Shown: piece after piece, positions 10,438 to 20,169 of the stretch
How positions within the stretch are numbered: the stretch's first letter is position 1
Layout: each line of letters starts with the position of its first letter
Assembly: GCA_964545975.1 (NCBI GenBank)
Contig: CAZJHY010000001.1
Span: 24,094-88,093, forward strand
Source of the DNA: an uncultured Clostridia bacterium
Lineage (GTDB): Bacteria > Bacillota > DTU025 > MWDF01
DNA: 64,000 bases
Direction: 5' to 3'
Notes under the pieces: model-generated
Database searches by the model: none
The model's input: the letters and a program-made list of their open reading frames with translations, nothing else
What the model was told of the DNA's origin: nothing
Made by a program: the position numbers and the translations under genes

Positions 10438-10971
10438 CTATAGCAGCTCCGCTATCTTACCGTCAAGGTCTTCGGGCTTTACCGTGGGTGAGAACCTTCC
10501 AACGACCTTGCCGTTTCTATCCACGAGGAATTTCGTGAAGTTCCATCGGATGTCGTCTCCCAGCACTGTCTGCTTGAGCTCCTCTAGCCGTTTTTTGAAC
10601 CTAGGCATATCCTCGTTCTCAAGTTCCGCCCTCGCCTCTTTCTTGAGGAAGGTTATCAATGGTTCGGCATTTTGCCCGTTAACATCTATCTTGGAGAAAG
10701 TCCTGAACTTGGTGCCGAAATTGAGCTGGCAGAACTCAACTATCTCGTCATTTGTCCCCGGAGCCTGGTTCAGGAATTGGTTGCTGGGGAAGTCGAGCAC
10801 CTCAAAGCCCCTGTCGCGGTATTTCTCATACAGGGCTTCAAGCCCCTTATATTGAGGTGTGAAGCCGCATTTGGTTGCGGTGTTAACTATTAGAAGAACT
10901 TTTCCCTTGTAATCGGACATGGACAAATCGTTGTACTTTGCGTCCTTGACCTTGAAATCATATATCGTCAT
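10438..10971 (-). CDS. glutathione peroxidase family protein
   Basis: GPx motifs NTATKCGFT, FPSNQF, WNFTKFLV. Confidence 0.85.
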   Translation of the reverse strand: MTIYDFKVKDAKYNDLSMSDYKGKVLLIVNTATKCGFTPQYKGLEALYEKYRDRGFEVLDFPSNQFLNQAPGTNDEIVEFCQLNFGTKFRTFSKIDVNGQNAEPLITFLKKEARAELENEDMPRFKKRLEELKQTVLGDDIRWNFTKFLVDRNGKVVGRFSPTVKPEDLDGKIAELL

Positions 10972-11065
10972 GGGATAACCTCCTCGATGTTAACATGTTA
11001 GACGATTAAATTGTATCAAATACAAACGGCATGTCAACATCATCCAAGGGGCTCTCCTTGATTTT

Positions 11066-11713
11066 CTACTTGTTCTGCCCGTAAGTCCTGCCGAGGGTGG
11101 AGACCAATGCCTTCACCTGTTCGTCAGTTAGTGAGGATGCCCTGCCTATTTGCGAGGCGTGTATATAGCACGAGCACATCTTCTCCAGAAGCTCGCACCT
11201 TTCAAGGGCCTTCTCAGGCGTGTCAGCGACGCAGACTGACCCGTGATTGGACATTATTGCTGCATTCTTGCTTCCTAGCGCCTTCGCGACGTTCTTTGCT
11301 AGGTCGTCGCTTCCAGACATAGCATAATCCGCTACCTCTACAGCGCCTCCGAAGCTGAAAGCGCATATATCAGTTATGACCGGAAGAGGCATCCTTGCTA
11401 CGCCAAGGGCTATCGCCATGGGTGAATGAACATGAACGACGGCTTTAACCTCAGGCCTGGCAATGTAGATCTCCCTGTGCAGCATGCTTTCTACCGAGGG
11501 CTTAAGCTTTGATGAGGAATACAGTGTCGCCAGATCCAGCTCTACTATCTGCTCAGGGGAAAGCGCCTCATAAGGTATGCCGCTGGGGGTTATCAGCATC
11601 CCGGTTCCTGATTCATTCCTGCAGCTGACATTCCCTCCGGTGCCTATAGTAAGCCCCATTTCCATCATCTTGATGCCGGTCTGGATAATTCTTCTGTTAA
11701 GCTGCTCGTTCAT
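11066..11713 (-). CDS. class II aldolase/adducin family protein (L-fuculose-1-P aldolase / L-ribulose-5-P 4-epimerase-like)
   Basis: TGIKMMEMGLTIGTGGNVSCR N-terminal motif, HVHSPMAIA metal-His motif. Confidence 0.8.
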   Translation of the reverse strand: MNEQLNRRIIQTGIKMMEMGLTIGTGGNVSCRNESGTGMLITPSGIPYEALSPEQIVELDLATLYSSSKLKPSVESMLHREIYIARPEVKAVVHVHSPMAIALGVARMPLPVITDICAFSFGGAVEVADYAMSGSDDLAKNVAKALGSKNAAIMSNHGSVCVADTPEKALERCELLEKMCSCYIHASQIGRASSLTDEQVKALVSTLGRTYGQNK

Positions 11714-12151
11714 CTTTCTCCTCCATCTGTGGCTGTTGTATTGCCAGTACGAAATTATACAGTCAATTGCATATTAATATAGCACAATAACCTAACCAGG
11801 TGCGAAGGAGCACGCTGTTTTTAATGTGAGTCAAATACATTGCAAAAGCACAGCATAAAAGCGGTATTGCTTGCATCAGCAGGACACTGCTTCCTGAATA
11901 CTGGATTCAGCTTCCTGACGCTTGTCTAGGCAGTTTGATGTATATTTTCCTCCACATAAATGATATTCTATATTAAAGCGTTTCCGGATAGTTGTATATT
12001 ATTGGTACAATCTCCATTAGTATACAATCCAGAAAGGGGTGTTCGGCAGGCAGCTAACCACGGTAGTACCAAAATTACTAGCGACCAATCGCAAGTGGGA
12101 CAAGAAATCAATCTCCAGCGAGAAGTATAAGCAATTAGGGGAGGGAATCTT

Positions 12152-13162
12152 GTGAAGAGAACATTGTTAATCGCGGTTGTACTAGTCATGGCACTAACCA
12201 TCGTAACCGGCACTTTCGCAGCGACTACGCCTCTGTTGGTATCGGGCGGCGGTCTTAAGACGACCACTACCGTCAAGGCCAACTCGAAGTATCTCATCGC
12301 TTGCATCGTTAAGAACTCCACCAATCCTTACATGATCAAGCAGCTTGACGGCTTCAAAGCCGCCGGCGCATTCATGGGCTTCGACGCCGTCGCACTGGCT
12401 CCCGCCAAGGCCGACAACATCGAAGAGCAGGTCAAGATAATCGAAGACCTCATCCAGAAGGGCGTCAAGGGCCTCGTCATCCATCCTTCCGACTCCAACG
12501 GCATAGTCCCGATAGTCGAGAAGGCCATGTCGCTCGGCATCCCCGTGGTCGTAATAGGTACCCCGGCGAATACCGACAAGATATTCTTCCGCACCGGCAT
12601 GGACTATACCGACTCTGGCCGCAAGATCACCGAAGCTGCCATCCAGAAGATGGGCGGCAAGGGCAACGTCATAATACTTGAGGGCCCGCCCCAGGCGATC
12701 AACGCCAAGGAAAGGCTCAACGGCATGCTCGAAACTATAGCCAAGTACCCCGGCGTAAAGGTGCTTGACTCCCAGACCGCAAACTTCAACAGGCTCAACG
12801 CCCTCCAGGTCATGGAGAACCTCCTTCAGAAGCACAAGGACGTGCAGGGAGTCTTCGCGGCCAACGACGAGATGGCCCTCGGCGCGATCCAGGCTCTTGA
12901 AGCCGCCGGCAGGAAGAACGTGGTAGTCTCCGGCGTCGACGGAAGCAAGGACGCCTCGCAGGCGGTCCTCGAAGGCAGGCTCACAGTGACCTCGAATGCA
13001 GACCCCTATTCCAGCTCCTGGTGCGCCGCAGCATACATCGTGAAGTACTTGAACGACGGCACCATGCCGCCCTCCAAGTTCATCCCGTATCCCGCTGAAG
13101 TCGCCATCATCGACAAGAGCAACGTTCAGAACTACATCAACAACGACGCGTGGTGGAAGTAG
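12152..13162 (+). CDS. sugar ABC transporter substrate-binding protein (RbsB/ribose-type PBP family)
   Basis: signal peptide, type I PBP with FAANDEMALGA motif; GTG start after GGGGAGGGAA. Confidence 0.85.
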   Translation: MKRTLLIAVVLVMALTIVTGTFAATTPLLVSGGGLKTTTTVKANSKYLIACIVKNSTNPYMIKQLDGFKAAGAFMGFDAVALAPAKADNIEEQVKIIEDLIQKGVKGLVIHPSDSNGIVPIVEKAMSLGIPVVVIGTPANTDKIFFRTGMDYTDSGRKITEAAIQKMGGKGNVIILEGPPQAINAKERLNGMLETIAKYPGVKVLDSQTANFNRLNALQVMENLLQKHKDVQGVFAANDEMALGAIQALEAAGRKNVVVSGVDGSKDASQAVLEGRLTVTSNADPYSSSWCAAAYIVKYLNDGTMPPSKFIPYPAEVAIIDKSNVQNYINNDAWWK

Positions 13163-13180
13163 TCTCATAGAAGTCCTGCT

Positions 13181-13210
13181 ATGGAGCCCTGTCGCAAGAC
13201 GGGGCTCCAT
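13181..13210 (+). other. GC-rich intercistronic hairpin after SBP gene
   Basis: ATGGAGCCC (loop 12) GGGCTCCAT, 9 bp perfect stem. Confidence 0.5.
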
Positions 13211-13231
13211 GCACCCAAGGGGGCGTTATTT

Positions 13232-14752
13232 TTGGAGATAGTACCTATCCTCGAAGCGAGGAACATCAGCAAGGAGTTCCCGGGCGTAAAGGCGTTGGAT
13301 GAAGTATCCATACAGGTAAGGCCCGGCGAGGTCCATGTACTGATAGGAGAGAACGGGGCCGGAAAGAGCACGCTGTCCAAGATACTCATGGGAGTGTATA
13401 CCAGCGACAAGGGCGAGATCCTGTTCGATGGTAAGCCCGCCCACATTAGGAACCCTCATGACGCAAGGGCATTAGGCATATGCGGTGTCCATCAGGAGTT
13501 CATGCTTGTACCCTGGATGAACGTCGCACAGAACATCTTCATCAACAGAGAGCCCAGGATTTGGCCGGGGCTTCCCTTCATAGACCACAAGAAGATGCAC
13601 GAGGACAGCAGGAAGCTGCTTTCCTCCTTCAACGTGAACATCAACACCAAGCAGCCGGTGAAATACCTGGACACCGCGCTCCAGCAGATGGTGGAGATAG
13701 TAAAGGCGCTATCTACGAACCCCAAGGTCCTGATACTTGACGAACCGACTGCAGTCCTCACGGACAGGGAGGTCAACAGCCTCTTCGCCCATATAGAGGA
13801 GCTGAGAAGCCGAGGGGTTGCGATCATATACATATCGCACAGGCTTCCTGAGATCAGAAGGATAGGCGACAGGGTCACGGTCCTAAGAGACGGGAAGTAT
13901 GTAGCAACGGTTGACATCAAGGACACCCCCGACGAGGAGCTCATCAAGATGATGGTGGGCAGGAGCGTTTCGCAGCTTTATACCAGAAACCGCCAGGTTC
14001 CCGGGAAAGAGGCCCTGAGGCTTGAGAATTTCAGCGTGAAGGGCGGACCGCAGAATGTCGACCTGGTGCTGCACTACGGAGAGATCATTGGGCTTGCGGG
14101 CCTGATTGGTTCAGGGCGCACCGAGCTTGTCAGGGGCATCATGGGAATTGACCAGCAGACAGGCGGTTCCCTTTACATCGATGGCAACAAAGTCACGGTC
14201 GGAAGCCCTGACAAGGCGATAGGACTGGGGCTGGGGCTTCTGCCTGAGGACCGCAAGAGGTATGGCCTCGCCCTTAAGACGAACATCGCCTGGAATACCA
14301 TAATGGCGAGCCTCAAGCGGGAGTTCCCCAAGGGAGTAGTAAGGGAGCGCAAGGTGCGCGACATCGCCCAGGGCTATGTTAAGCAGCTGAAAATCGCCAC
14401 AGACTCGGTATCTAAGGTGGTGGGCTTCCTAAGCGGAGGCAACCAGCAGAAGGTTGTCGTCGCCAAGTGGATCAACACCAAGGCCAAGATCCTCATCTTC
14501 GACGAACCTACAAGGGGCATCGACGTGGGGGCCAAGGCAGAGGTGCACGCCCTCATGGACAAACTGGTGGCCGAAGGAAACGCGATCATAATGATTTCCT
14601 CCGACCTGCCGGAAGTCCTCGGGATGAGCGACCGCGTCTACACGATATTCCAGTGCCGTTCCATGGGGGACTGCTGCTTCCAGGAGGCGAACCAGCAGAG
14701 AATCGGCTCCCTTATGCTGGGAGTGGGGGTGAAGACAGATGCAAACCAGTAA
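13232..14752 (+). CDS. sugar ABC transporter ATP-binding protein with two NBDs (RbsA/MglA-like)
   Basis: two Walker A/signature sets (GENGAGKST; LSGGNQQK); TTG start at 13232 after AAGGGGG; the longer ORF from 13181 is rejected because it overlaps the hairpin. Confidence 0.8.
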   Translation: MEIVPILEARNISKEFPGVKALDEVSIQVRPGEVHVLIGENGAGKSTLSKILMGVYTSDKGEILFDGKPAHIRNPHDARALGICGVHQEFMLVPWMNVAQNIFINREPRIWPGLPFIDHKKMHEDSRKLLSSFNVNINTKQPVKYLDTALQQMVEIVKALSTNPKVLILDEPTAVLTDREVNSLFAHIEELRSRGVAIIYISHRLPEIRRIGDRVTVLRDGKYVATVDIKDTPDEELIKMMVGRSVSQLYTRNRQVPGKEALRLENFSVKGGPQNVDLVLHYGEIIGLAGLIGSGRTELVRGIMGIDQQTGGSLYIDGNKVTVGSPDKAIGLGLGLLPEDRKRYGLALKTNIAWNTIMASLKREFPKGVVRERKVRDIAQGYVKQLKIATDSVSKVVGFLSGGNQQKVVVAKWINTKAKILIFDEPTRGIDVGAKAEVHALMDKLVAEGNAIIMISSDLPEVLGMSDRVYTIFQCRSMGDCCFQEANQQRIGSLMLGVGVKTDANQ

Positions 14753-15704
14753 GCTCATGGGCTTTTTGAGGAAGGTCCCGCCGGCGACATACATCATACT
14801 GCTCATGATAGCCATATACGGCATCGCCGCGCCCGGCTTCTTCACCCTTGGAAACCTCGAGAACGTCGGAAACCAGGCGGCCCCCCTTCTCATCGTCGCC
14901 ATAGGTGTGACCATGGTCATCATGACGGAGGGTACAGACCTTTCGATCGGTTATGTGATGGGCATGGTCGGAGTCGTTGTATCGATTATGCTTAGGGCGA
15001 AAATCTGGATAGGCTGGGCGTTCCTTGCCGGCATCGCGGTAGGGGTGTTCTGCGGCTTCATAAACGGCGTCGCAGTCGCAAAGCTCAAGCTTCCTCCGTT
15101 CATTGCTACGCTTGGTACCGGAAACGTCATATTCGGAATAGGCCTCGTCATAACCGAAGGATACTCCATACAGGCACTTGATCCTGCGCTGCTTTTTCTG
15201 GCAAGCGGCAAGGTGTTCGGAATAAGCATGCCGATACTGATTGCCACGGTGGTCTTCGGGTTATGCTGGGTACTCATGAACTACACGCCGTTCGGGCGCA
15301 ACATAGTCTCTCTCGGAGGCAACTCCGAGGCGCTTAGAGGCGTTGGCCTTAACGTCGGGAAAGCCTCCATATCGGTATACATGATGTGTGGCTTCCTTGC
15401 GGCAATAGGAGGCCTCATAGTGGCGTCAAGGACAGGCTCAGGCTATTCGGCGGCTGCCATGGGATGGGAGTTCGACGCCATCGGAGCCAGTATAATCGGC
15501 GGTACATCCTTCGAGGAGGGCAATGGATCCATAAGCAGGACCGTAATTGGTGTCGCGCTCATATCGATACTCAGAAACGGCCTTAATGTCGTGGGCGTGC
15601 CGAACATGTACCAGTACGCGCTCATCGGCGCCATAGTGCTGACGGCCATAATCCTGGACGTTCGCTTCAGGCAGGCCGCGAAGGGAGGCGTCAAGAGAGT
15701 ATGA
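14739..15704 (+). CDS. sugar ABC transporter permease (RbsC family)
   Basis: multi-TM; overlaps ATPase stop. Confidence 0.8.
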   Translation: MQTSKLMGFLRKVPPATYIILLMIAIYGIAAPGFFTLGNLENVGNQAAPLLIVAIGVTMVIMTEGTDLSIGYVMGMVGVVVSIMLRAKIWIGWAFLAGIAVGVFCGFINGVAVAKLKLPPFIATLGTGNVIFGIGLVITEGYSIQALDPALLFLASGKVFGISMPILIATVVFGLCWVLMNYTPFGRNIVSLGGNSEALRGVGLNVGKASISVYMMCGFLAAIGGLIVASRTGSGYSAAAMGWEFDAIGASIIGGTSFEEGNGSISRTVIGVALISILRNGLNVVGVPNMYQYALIGAIVLTAIILDVRFRQAAKGGVKRV

Positions 15705-16696
15705 ACGAAGGTTCAAGGATGAAGGACACCCCCAAGGCGGTCGCAATCGTAAACGACAGGCTCAAGGCAAGGGAGGCCATAGCTCCCCTCTTCAGGCTCA
15801 CGTTCCTGATAGTCCTCATGATCGCACTTTCCATACTCAGCGAGGACTTCTTCACATGGAGCAACCTAATTAACGTTCTCAGGCAGTCGACTTTCCTGAT
15901 AGTAATCGGCCTCGGGCTCACAGGGGTGCTGCTTACCGGAGGCATCGACCTGTCCGTAGGCGGTGTGCTCGCATTCGTGGGCTGCGCGACTGGACAGATG
16001 ATGAGATCCGGCGTTCCGCTTTATCTTGCAGTGCCAATCGGTCTTCTAATCGGAGCGGGAGTCGGATGCTTCAACGGTTTCATGGTGGGGTACATCAAGC
16101 TTCCTCCGTTTGTGGCCACTTACGGTTCCAAGTGGATATCCGAGGGCATGGCGCTGCTTCTTATGCAGGGGCAGGTCATCTACGGCTTCCCGAGGGTGTA
16201 CCGCTGGATCGGCATCGGCTACATAGGACCCATACCAGTGCCCATCATAATTGCTGCCATCCTTGCGGTAATAATGAACTTCCTGTTCGTGAAGACCGTA
16301 TTCGGCAGGCAGGTATATGCACTGGGCGCCAACAAGGAAGCAGCATTCTACTCGGGCATCAAAGTCAAGAAGAACATCATGGTGGTATACACCCTTGCTG
16401 GCCTCATGGCGGGCATTGCCGGCCTTCTGATGCTTGCAAGGCTTGACGCCGCCGAGGTGAACATGGGAGAGGCCCTGCAGCTGCAGTCCCTCGCCGCGGT
16501 CATCATCGGGGGTGCATCCCTTCGCGGAGGCGAGGGCAGCATATTCGGCACGATAATTGGCGCCATAACCCTTACGCTGGTCGTAAACGGGCTTAACCTG
16601 CTTGGCGTGCGCTCTTTGTGGCACTCAGTGGTGCTCGGCGGCGTCATCCTGGCATCCGTGATAATGGACCTGCGCATGAAGAAGCTGGCGCAATAA
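15701..16696 (+). CDS. sugar ABC transporter permease (RbsC family, second copy)
   Basis: multi-TM paralog of preceding gene, ATGA overlap. Confidence 0.8.
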   Translation: MNEGSRMKDTPKAVAIVNDRLKAREAIAPLFRLTFLIVLMIALSILSEDFFTWSNLINVLRQSTFLIVIGLGLTGVLLTGGIDLSVGGVLAFVGCATGQMMRSGVPLYLAVPIGLLIGAGVGCFNGFMVGYIKLPPFVATYGSKWISEGMALLLMQGQVIYGFPRVYRWIGIGYIGPIPVPIIIAAILAVIMNFLFVKTVFGRQVYALGANKEAAFYSGIKVKKNIMVVYTLAGLMAGIAGLLMLARLDAAEVNMGEALQLQSLAAVIIGGASLRGGEGSIFGTIIGAITLTLVVNGLNLLGVRSLWHSVVLGGVILASVIMDLRMKKLAQ

Positions 16697-16727
16697 GGAT
16701 TAGCAGAAAGAAAAAGGAGGAACACCA

Positions 16728-17537
16728 ATGGCCAACCTTACGATCAGACCCATAAACACCGGTTACGCGGAAACCTACAAGAAGCAGTACCAGTACCATC
16801 ATTCTACCCACAAGTACCACAACGTCGACGACGGAAAGCTTCTTCTGCCCTGCATGGCATTCCTTATCGAGGGCGGAGACAAGCTCGTGCTGGTAGACAC
16901 CGGCATGTCCAACACCGAGATAGCCAACAAGTATCATCATCCGGGTTCGTACCAGCCTGACGGCTTTGCGATACATGAGCAGCTGGCGAAGCTGGGCATC
17001 AAGTGCGAGGACATCGACATTGTCATCTTCACGCACATGCACTGGGACCACATGCACAACATGGAGAAGTTCGTAAACGCCAGGTTCATCGCCCACAAGA
17101 AGGAATGGGAGTTCTGCCAGAACCCCATCCCGCTGTACTACAAATCATACGAGCATCCCAAGCTCGGCATAAAGGCTCCCTTCACTGGCCTTAAGATCGA
17201 GACCGTAGAGGGCGAGCAGGAGATAGTCCCCGGCATAAGGGTGTTCGAGAGCTTCGGGCATTCGCCGGGCCACATGTCCGTGGAAGTCGACTGCGAGGAC
17301 GGATCCTACATCCTCTGCGGCGATGCGGTATTCATCTACGACAACCTTAAGCCCGTGCCGGACATGTTCTATGAGATTACTCCCCCGGCCAGGTATGCCA
17401 ACATCGTCGAGTGCTGGAACAGCATAGTCGAGATGAAGCATAGGGCCAAGGAGCAGCGCTTCATACTGCCCTCCCATGAGCCTGAGATAGAGGAGCTCGC
17501 GAAGAAGTACGGAACTTTCCCGATACCCAAGAAGTAA
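16728..17537 (+). CDS. MBL-fold metallo-hydrolase (AiiA-like lactonase family)
   Basis: HxHxDH zinc motif in FTHMHWDHMHN; RBS AAAAGGAGG. Confidence 0.75.
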   Translation: MANLTIRPINTGYAETYKKQYQYHHSTHKYHNVDDGKLLLPCMAFLIEGGDKLVLVDTGMSNTEIANKYHHPGSYQPDGFAIHEQLAKLGIKCEDIDIVIFTHMHWDHMHNMEKFVNARFIAHKKEWEFCQNPIPLYYKSYEHPKLGIKAPFTGLKIETVEGEQEIVPGIRVFESFGHSPGHMSVEVDCEDGSYILCGDAVFIYDNLKPVPDMFYEITPPARYANIVECWNSIVEMKHRAKEQRFILPSHEPEIEELAKKYGTFPIPKK

Positions 17538-17619
17538 CATCACACCGATTGGGGGTGCGGCCGGGAGGCAGGTCCAAGGGGGCGCGGGCCTCCGAAGACA
17601 GCCAACCCGGCCTTGTCAT

Positions 17620-18843
17620 ATGAAGACTATCGCAGTGATAACCTCGCTGGACACGAAGGGGAAAGAGACCCTCTATATAAAGGATGCGATCGAGAGGTTC
17701 GGCTCGAAGGCTCTCATCATAGACGTAGGGGTCAAGGAGCCGCCATATTTCACGCCTGATATCGCAAGGCACGAGGTGGCCGCCGCCGCCGGCATCGACT
17801 GGGATACGGTGAAGGACAAGGAGAAAAGGGTGAGGATAAGCACCATGACCTCAGGCCTTGAGGTGCTTATACCCAAGCTATATGCCGAGGGGAAGCTTTC
17901 GGCCGTGTTCTCGATGGGAGGCCTTCAGAACACAACGATGGGAACATCGGCGATGAAGACCCTGCCGCTCGGGGTGCCTAAGCTCATGCTTTCCACGATG
18001 GCGTCCAGCAACAGGCCTTTCGGTCCGTTCGTGGGAACCAAGGACATGACCCTCATGCACTCGGTGGGCGACATCCTAGGGGTAAACCCCGTCACCAAGG
18101 CCGTGATGGATAACGCCGTCGGAGCCATCGTGGGGATGGCGGAGCACGCCGGAAACAGGGTGCAGAAAACTGACAGGATCCTTGTGGGTGCCACTATGCT
18201 CGGCGTAACGAACGACGGAGTGAGCCGCGCGGTATCCTACCTCGAGGAGGCAGGCTACGACGTGGTCACCTTCCATGCGAACGGTGCGGGAGGACCGGCC
18301 ATGGAGGAGCTCATAGGACAGGACACGATAGACGCCGCGATGGATCTTACGCTGCATGAGATAGACGCTGAATTCTTCGGGGGGCACTGTTCGGGGGCGA
18401 CCAACAGGCTCCTTATGGCCGCCGAGAAGGGGATACCCCAGGTTGTTTCGCTTGGTGCCTCCGACGTCATAGACTATGAGGTCGTGGACCTCGACAAGGT
18501 AAGGGAGTATGGAAGGCGCAAGTTCGTCTATCAGCACCCCACCATCCAGCACATAAAGCTCATAGAGGAAGAGGCGCACAAGGTCGGGACGGTAATCGGG
18601 GAGAGGCTCTCAAAGGCCAAGGGTCCCCTAACCCTCGTCATACCTAGGGGAGGCTTCCACCAGAGCAGCTACAAAGGCGGTCCCATATGGGATCCTGCCA
18701 TCGACGAGATAATCATAGGACACATACTAAGCAGGATTGCGCCTTCCACAAGGGTGGTAGAGACCGCAGCCCATATCAACGAGCCCGCCTTCAGCAGGGT
18801 GGCGGCCGATGAGATGATTAAGCTTCTGAAGGCCATGCGCTAA
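17620..18843 (+). CDS. UPF0261 (Tm-1-like N-terminal domain) family protein
   Basis: N-terminal MKTIAVITSLDTKGKE pattern and ~400 aa length typical of UPF0261; product by recollection of family only. Confidence 0.5.
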   Translation: MKTIAVITSLDTKGKETLYIKDAIERFGSKALIIDVGVKEPPYFTPDIARHEVAAAAGIDWDTVKDKEKRVRISTMTSGLEVLIPKLYAEGKLSAVFSMGGLQNTTMGTSAMKTLPLGVPKLMLSTMASSNRPFGPFVGTKDMTLMHSVGDILGVNPVTKAVMDNAVGAIVGMAEHAGNRVQKTDRILVGATMLGVTNDGVSRAVSYLEEAGYDVVTFHANGAGGPAMEELIGQDTIDAAMDLTLHEIDAEFFGGHCSGATNRLLMAAEKGIPQVVSLGASDVIDYEVVDLDKVREYGRRKFVYQHPTIQHIKLIEEEAHKVGTVIGERLSKAKGPLTLVIPRGGFHQSSYKGGPIWDPAIDEIIIGHILSRIAPSTRVVETAAHINEPAFSRVAADEMIKLLKAMR

Positions 18844-18875
18844 GCAGGGCCAGAAGCCTCACAAGGAGGATTCCG

Positions 18876-20132
18876 ATGTTCTACGGACTGCCTTTCGACA
18901 ACCCCGAGTCCATTTATGGCAGGGATTACGTTCTGGGCACCTATTTCGTGACCGGCGTCACAGGAGACGATGCGCTTAATAAGCTGGGCATGTTTGCAGT
19001 CGGCCAGTCCACCGGCACGTGGATGCCGGTGCCCGGCATAACCAGGCAGATGGTGGAGGATCATCAGGGAAGAGTCGTCGGATGCTATCCGGTGCCCGCC
19101 CAGGAGCCCGGCGCCTACGTTCTTAGGGTGGCGTTTCCCTACAGCAACATAGGCGGGTCCATCTCGATGCTGCTTACCACGCTTGCGGGAAACGACGCTT
19201 CGACTGCGCTGTGCGCGAAGCTCATAGACGTGGAGCTTGTCGGCAAGGCGAAGTCGGCCTTCCACGGTCCGCACTTCGGAATAGACGGGGTGAGGAAGCT
19301 CACGGGAGTCTACGACAGGCCCATAGTCATGAATATGATCAAGCCTTGCACGGGCTTTCCGGCTACGGCAGGGGCGGAGTTCTTCTACGCGTCCGGATCA
19401 GGCGGCGTAGACATAATAAAAGATGACGAGCTTATGGGCAACACCAGCTTCAATTCCGTCGCCGACAGGGTGAGGGAGTATGGTAAGGCTCAAGCGAGAA
19501 TCGGAGGAGAGAGGGGCAAGGCCCCTATATACCTTCCCAATGTGACCGACAGGCACGATAAAATGCGCGACAACATCAAGGCGGCGATAGACGGCGGAGC
19601 GAAGGGCGTCATGGTCAACTTCGTCTTCACCGGACTCGACAGCCTTGCCGCGCTTACATCGGAGTTCGGCGACAAGGTGATGTTCCTCGCTCATGCGGCA
19701 GGAGTTGGCGTCATGACCGGTTATCCGCAGGGCTTAAGCACCTCGCTTCTTCTAGGAAGGCTCGGAAGGCTGGCAGGCGCGGACGCGGTGGTCACCCTTT
19801 ATCCTCTCGGCATGGGAGGAGACGGCTTCCAGGAGCTTCAGATGACGGTGCAGAAGCACAGGCTGCCTCTGGGAGATGTCAAGCAAGCCTTGACCGTGGT
19901 CGGAGGAGGCGTCACGCCGCTTACCGTACCGTTTGCGGTGAAGAGCTTCGGCAAGGACATAATCATCGCCGTTGGCGGTGGCATCCAGGGCCACCCGGAC
20001 GGGGCGACGGCAGGCGCAAAGGCCATGATGGCTGCGGTGGATGCGACCATGAAGGGCGTAAGCCTGGAAGACGCGGTTAAGGACAGCCCGGAGCTCGGAA
20101 GGGCGATAACCAGATGGGGCAAGAAGGCTTAA
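18876..20132 (+). CDS. RuBisCO-like protein (form IV RuBisCO large-subunit homolog)
   Basis: GGVDIIKDDE aligns with RuBisCO GGLDFTKDDE (carbamylated Lys and Mg ligands retained); IKP (K175 equivalent) present; no small subunit or PRK nearby; RBS AAGGAGGA. Confidence 0.8.
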   Translation: MFYGLPFDNPESIYGRDYVLGTYFVTGVTGDDALNKLGMFAVGQSTGTWMPVPGITRQMVEDHQGRVVGCYPVPAQEPGAYVLRVAFPYSNIGGSISMLLTTLAGNDASTALCAKLIDVELVGKAKSAFHGPHFGIDGVRKLTGVYDRPIVMNMIKPCTGFPATAGAEFFYASGSGGVDIIKDDELMGNTSFNSVADRVREYGKAQARIGGERGKAPIYLPNVTDRHDKMRDNIKAAIDGGAKGVMVNFVFTGLDSLAALTSEFGDKVMFLAHAAGVGVMTGYPQGLSTSLLLGRLGRLAGADAVVTLYPLGMGGDGFQELQMTVQKHRLPLGDVKQALTVVGGGVTPLTVPFAVKSFGKDIIIAVGGGIQGHPDGATAGAKAMMAAVDATMKGVSLEDAVKDSPELGRAITRWGKKA

Positions 20133-20169
20133 GGGCCGCCCGAATGATGACCGTATGGAGGTAAAGCAG

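Noticed and set aside
11990-12040. Possible promoter/operator (TTGTAT ... GGTACAATC ... GTATACAATC) upstream of the RbsB-like gene
   Set aside because: Spacing does not fit a clean -35/-10 pair and the repeats are short; it could not be supported beyond chance without comparative data.
12194-13210. 338-aa ORF on the minus strand antisense to the RbsB-like gene
   Set aside because: The Arg/Gly/Asp-rich low-complexity translation is typical of shadow ORFs in GC-rich coding DNA; no RBS; the sense gene has clear PBP motifs.
13181-13231. Upstream extension of the ABC ATPase ORF (MEPCRKTGLHAPKGALF)
   Set aside because: The extension coincides with the post-SBP hairpin and lacks an RBS; TTG at 13232 preceded by AAGGGGG gives a canonical N-terminus.
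14620-14752. Possible frameshift at the C-terminus of the 2-NBD ABC ATPase (odd Cys-rich tail ...FQCRSMGDCCFQEANQQRIGSLMLG)
   Set aside because: Position-by-position comparison with the canonical RbsA/MglA C-terminus (DR..VM.EGR..GE....EAT.E.IM.LA.G) aligns well without gaps, so the gene is intact but divergent.
16046-16624. 192-aa minus-strand ORF inside the second ABC permease gene
   Set aside because: Shadow ORF antisense to a well-supported permease; biased Arg/His/Gly composition.
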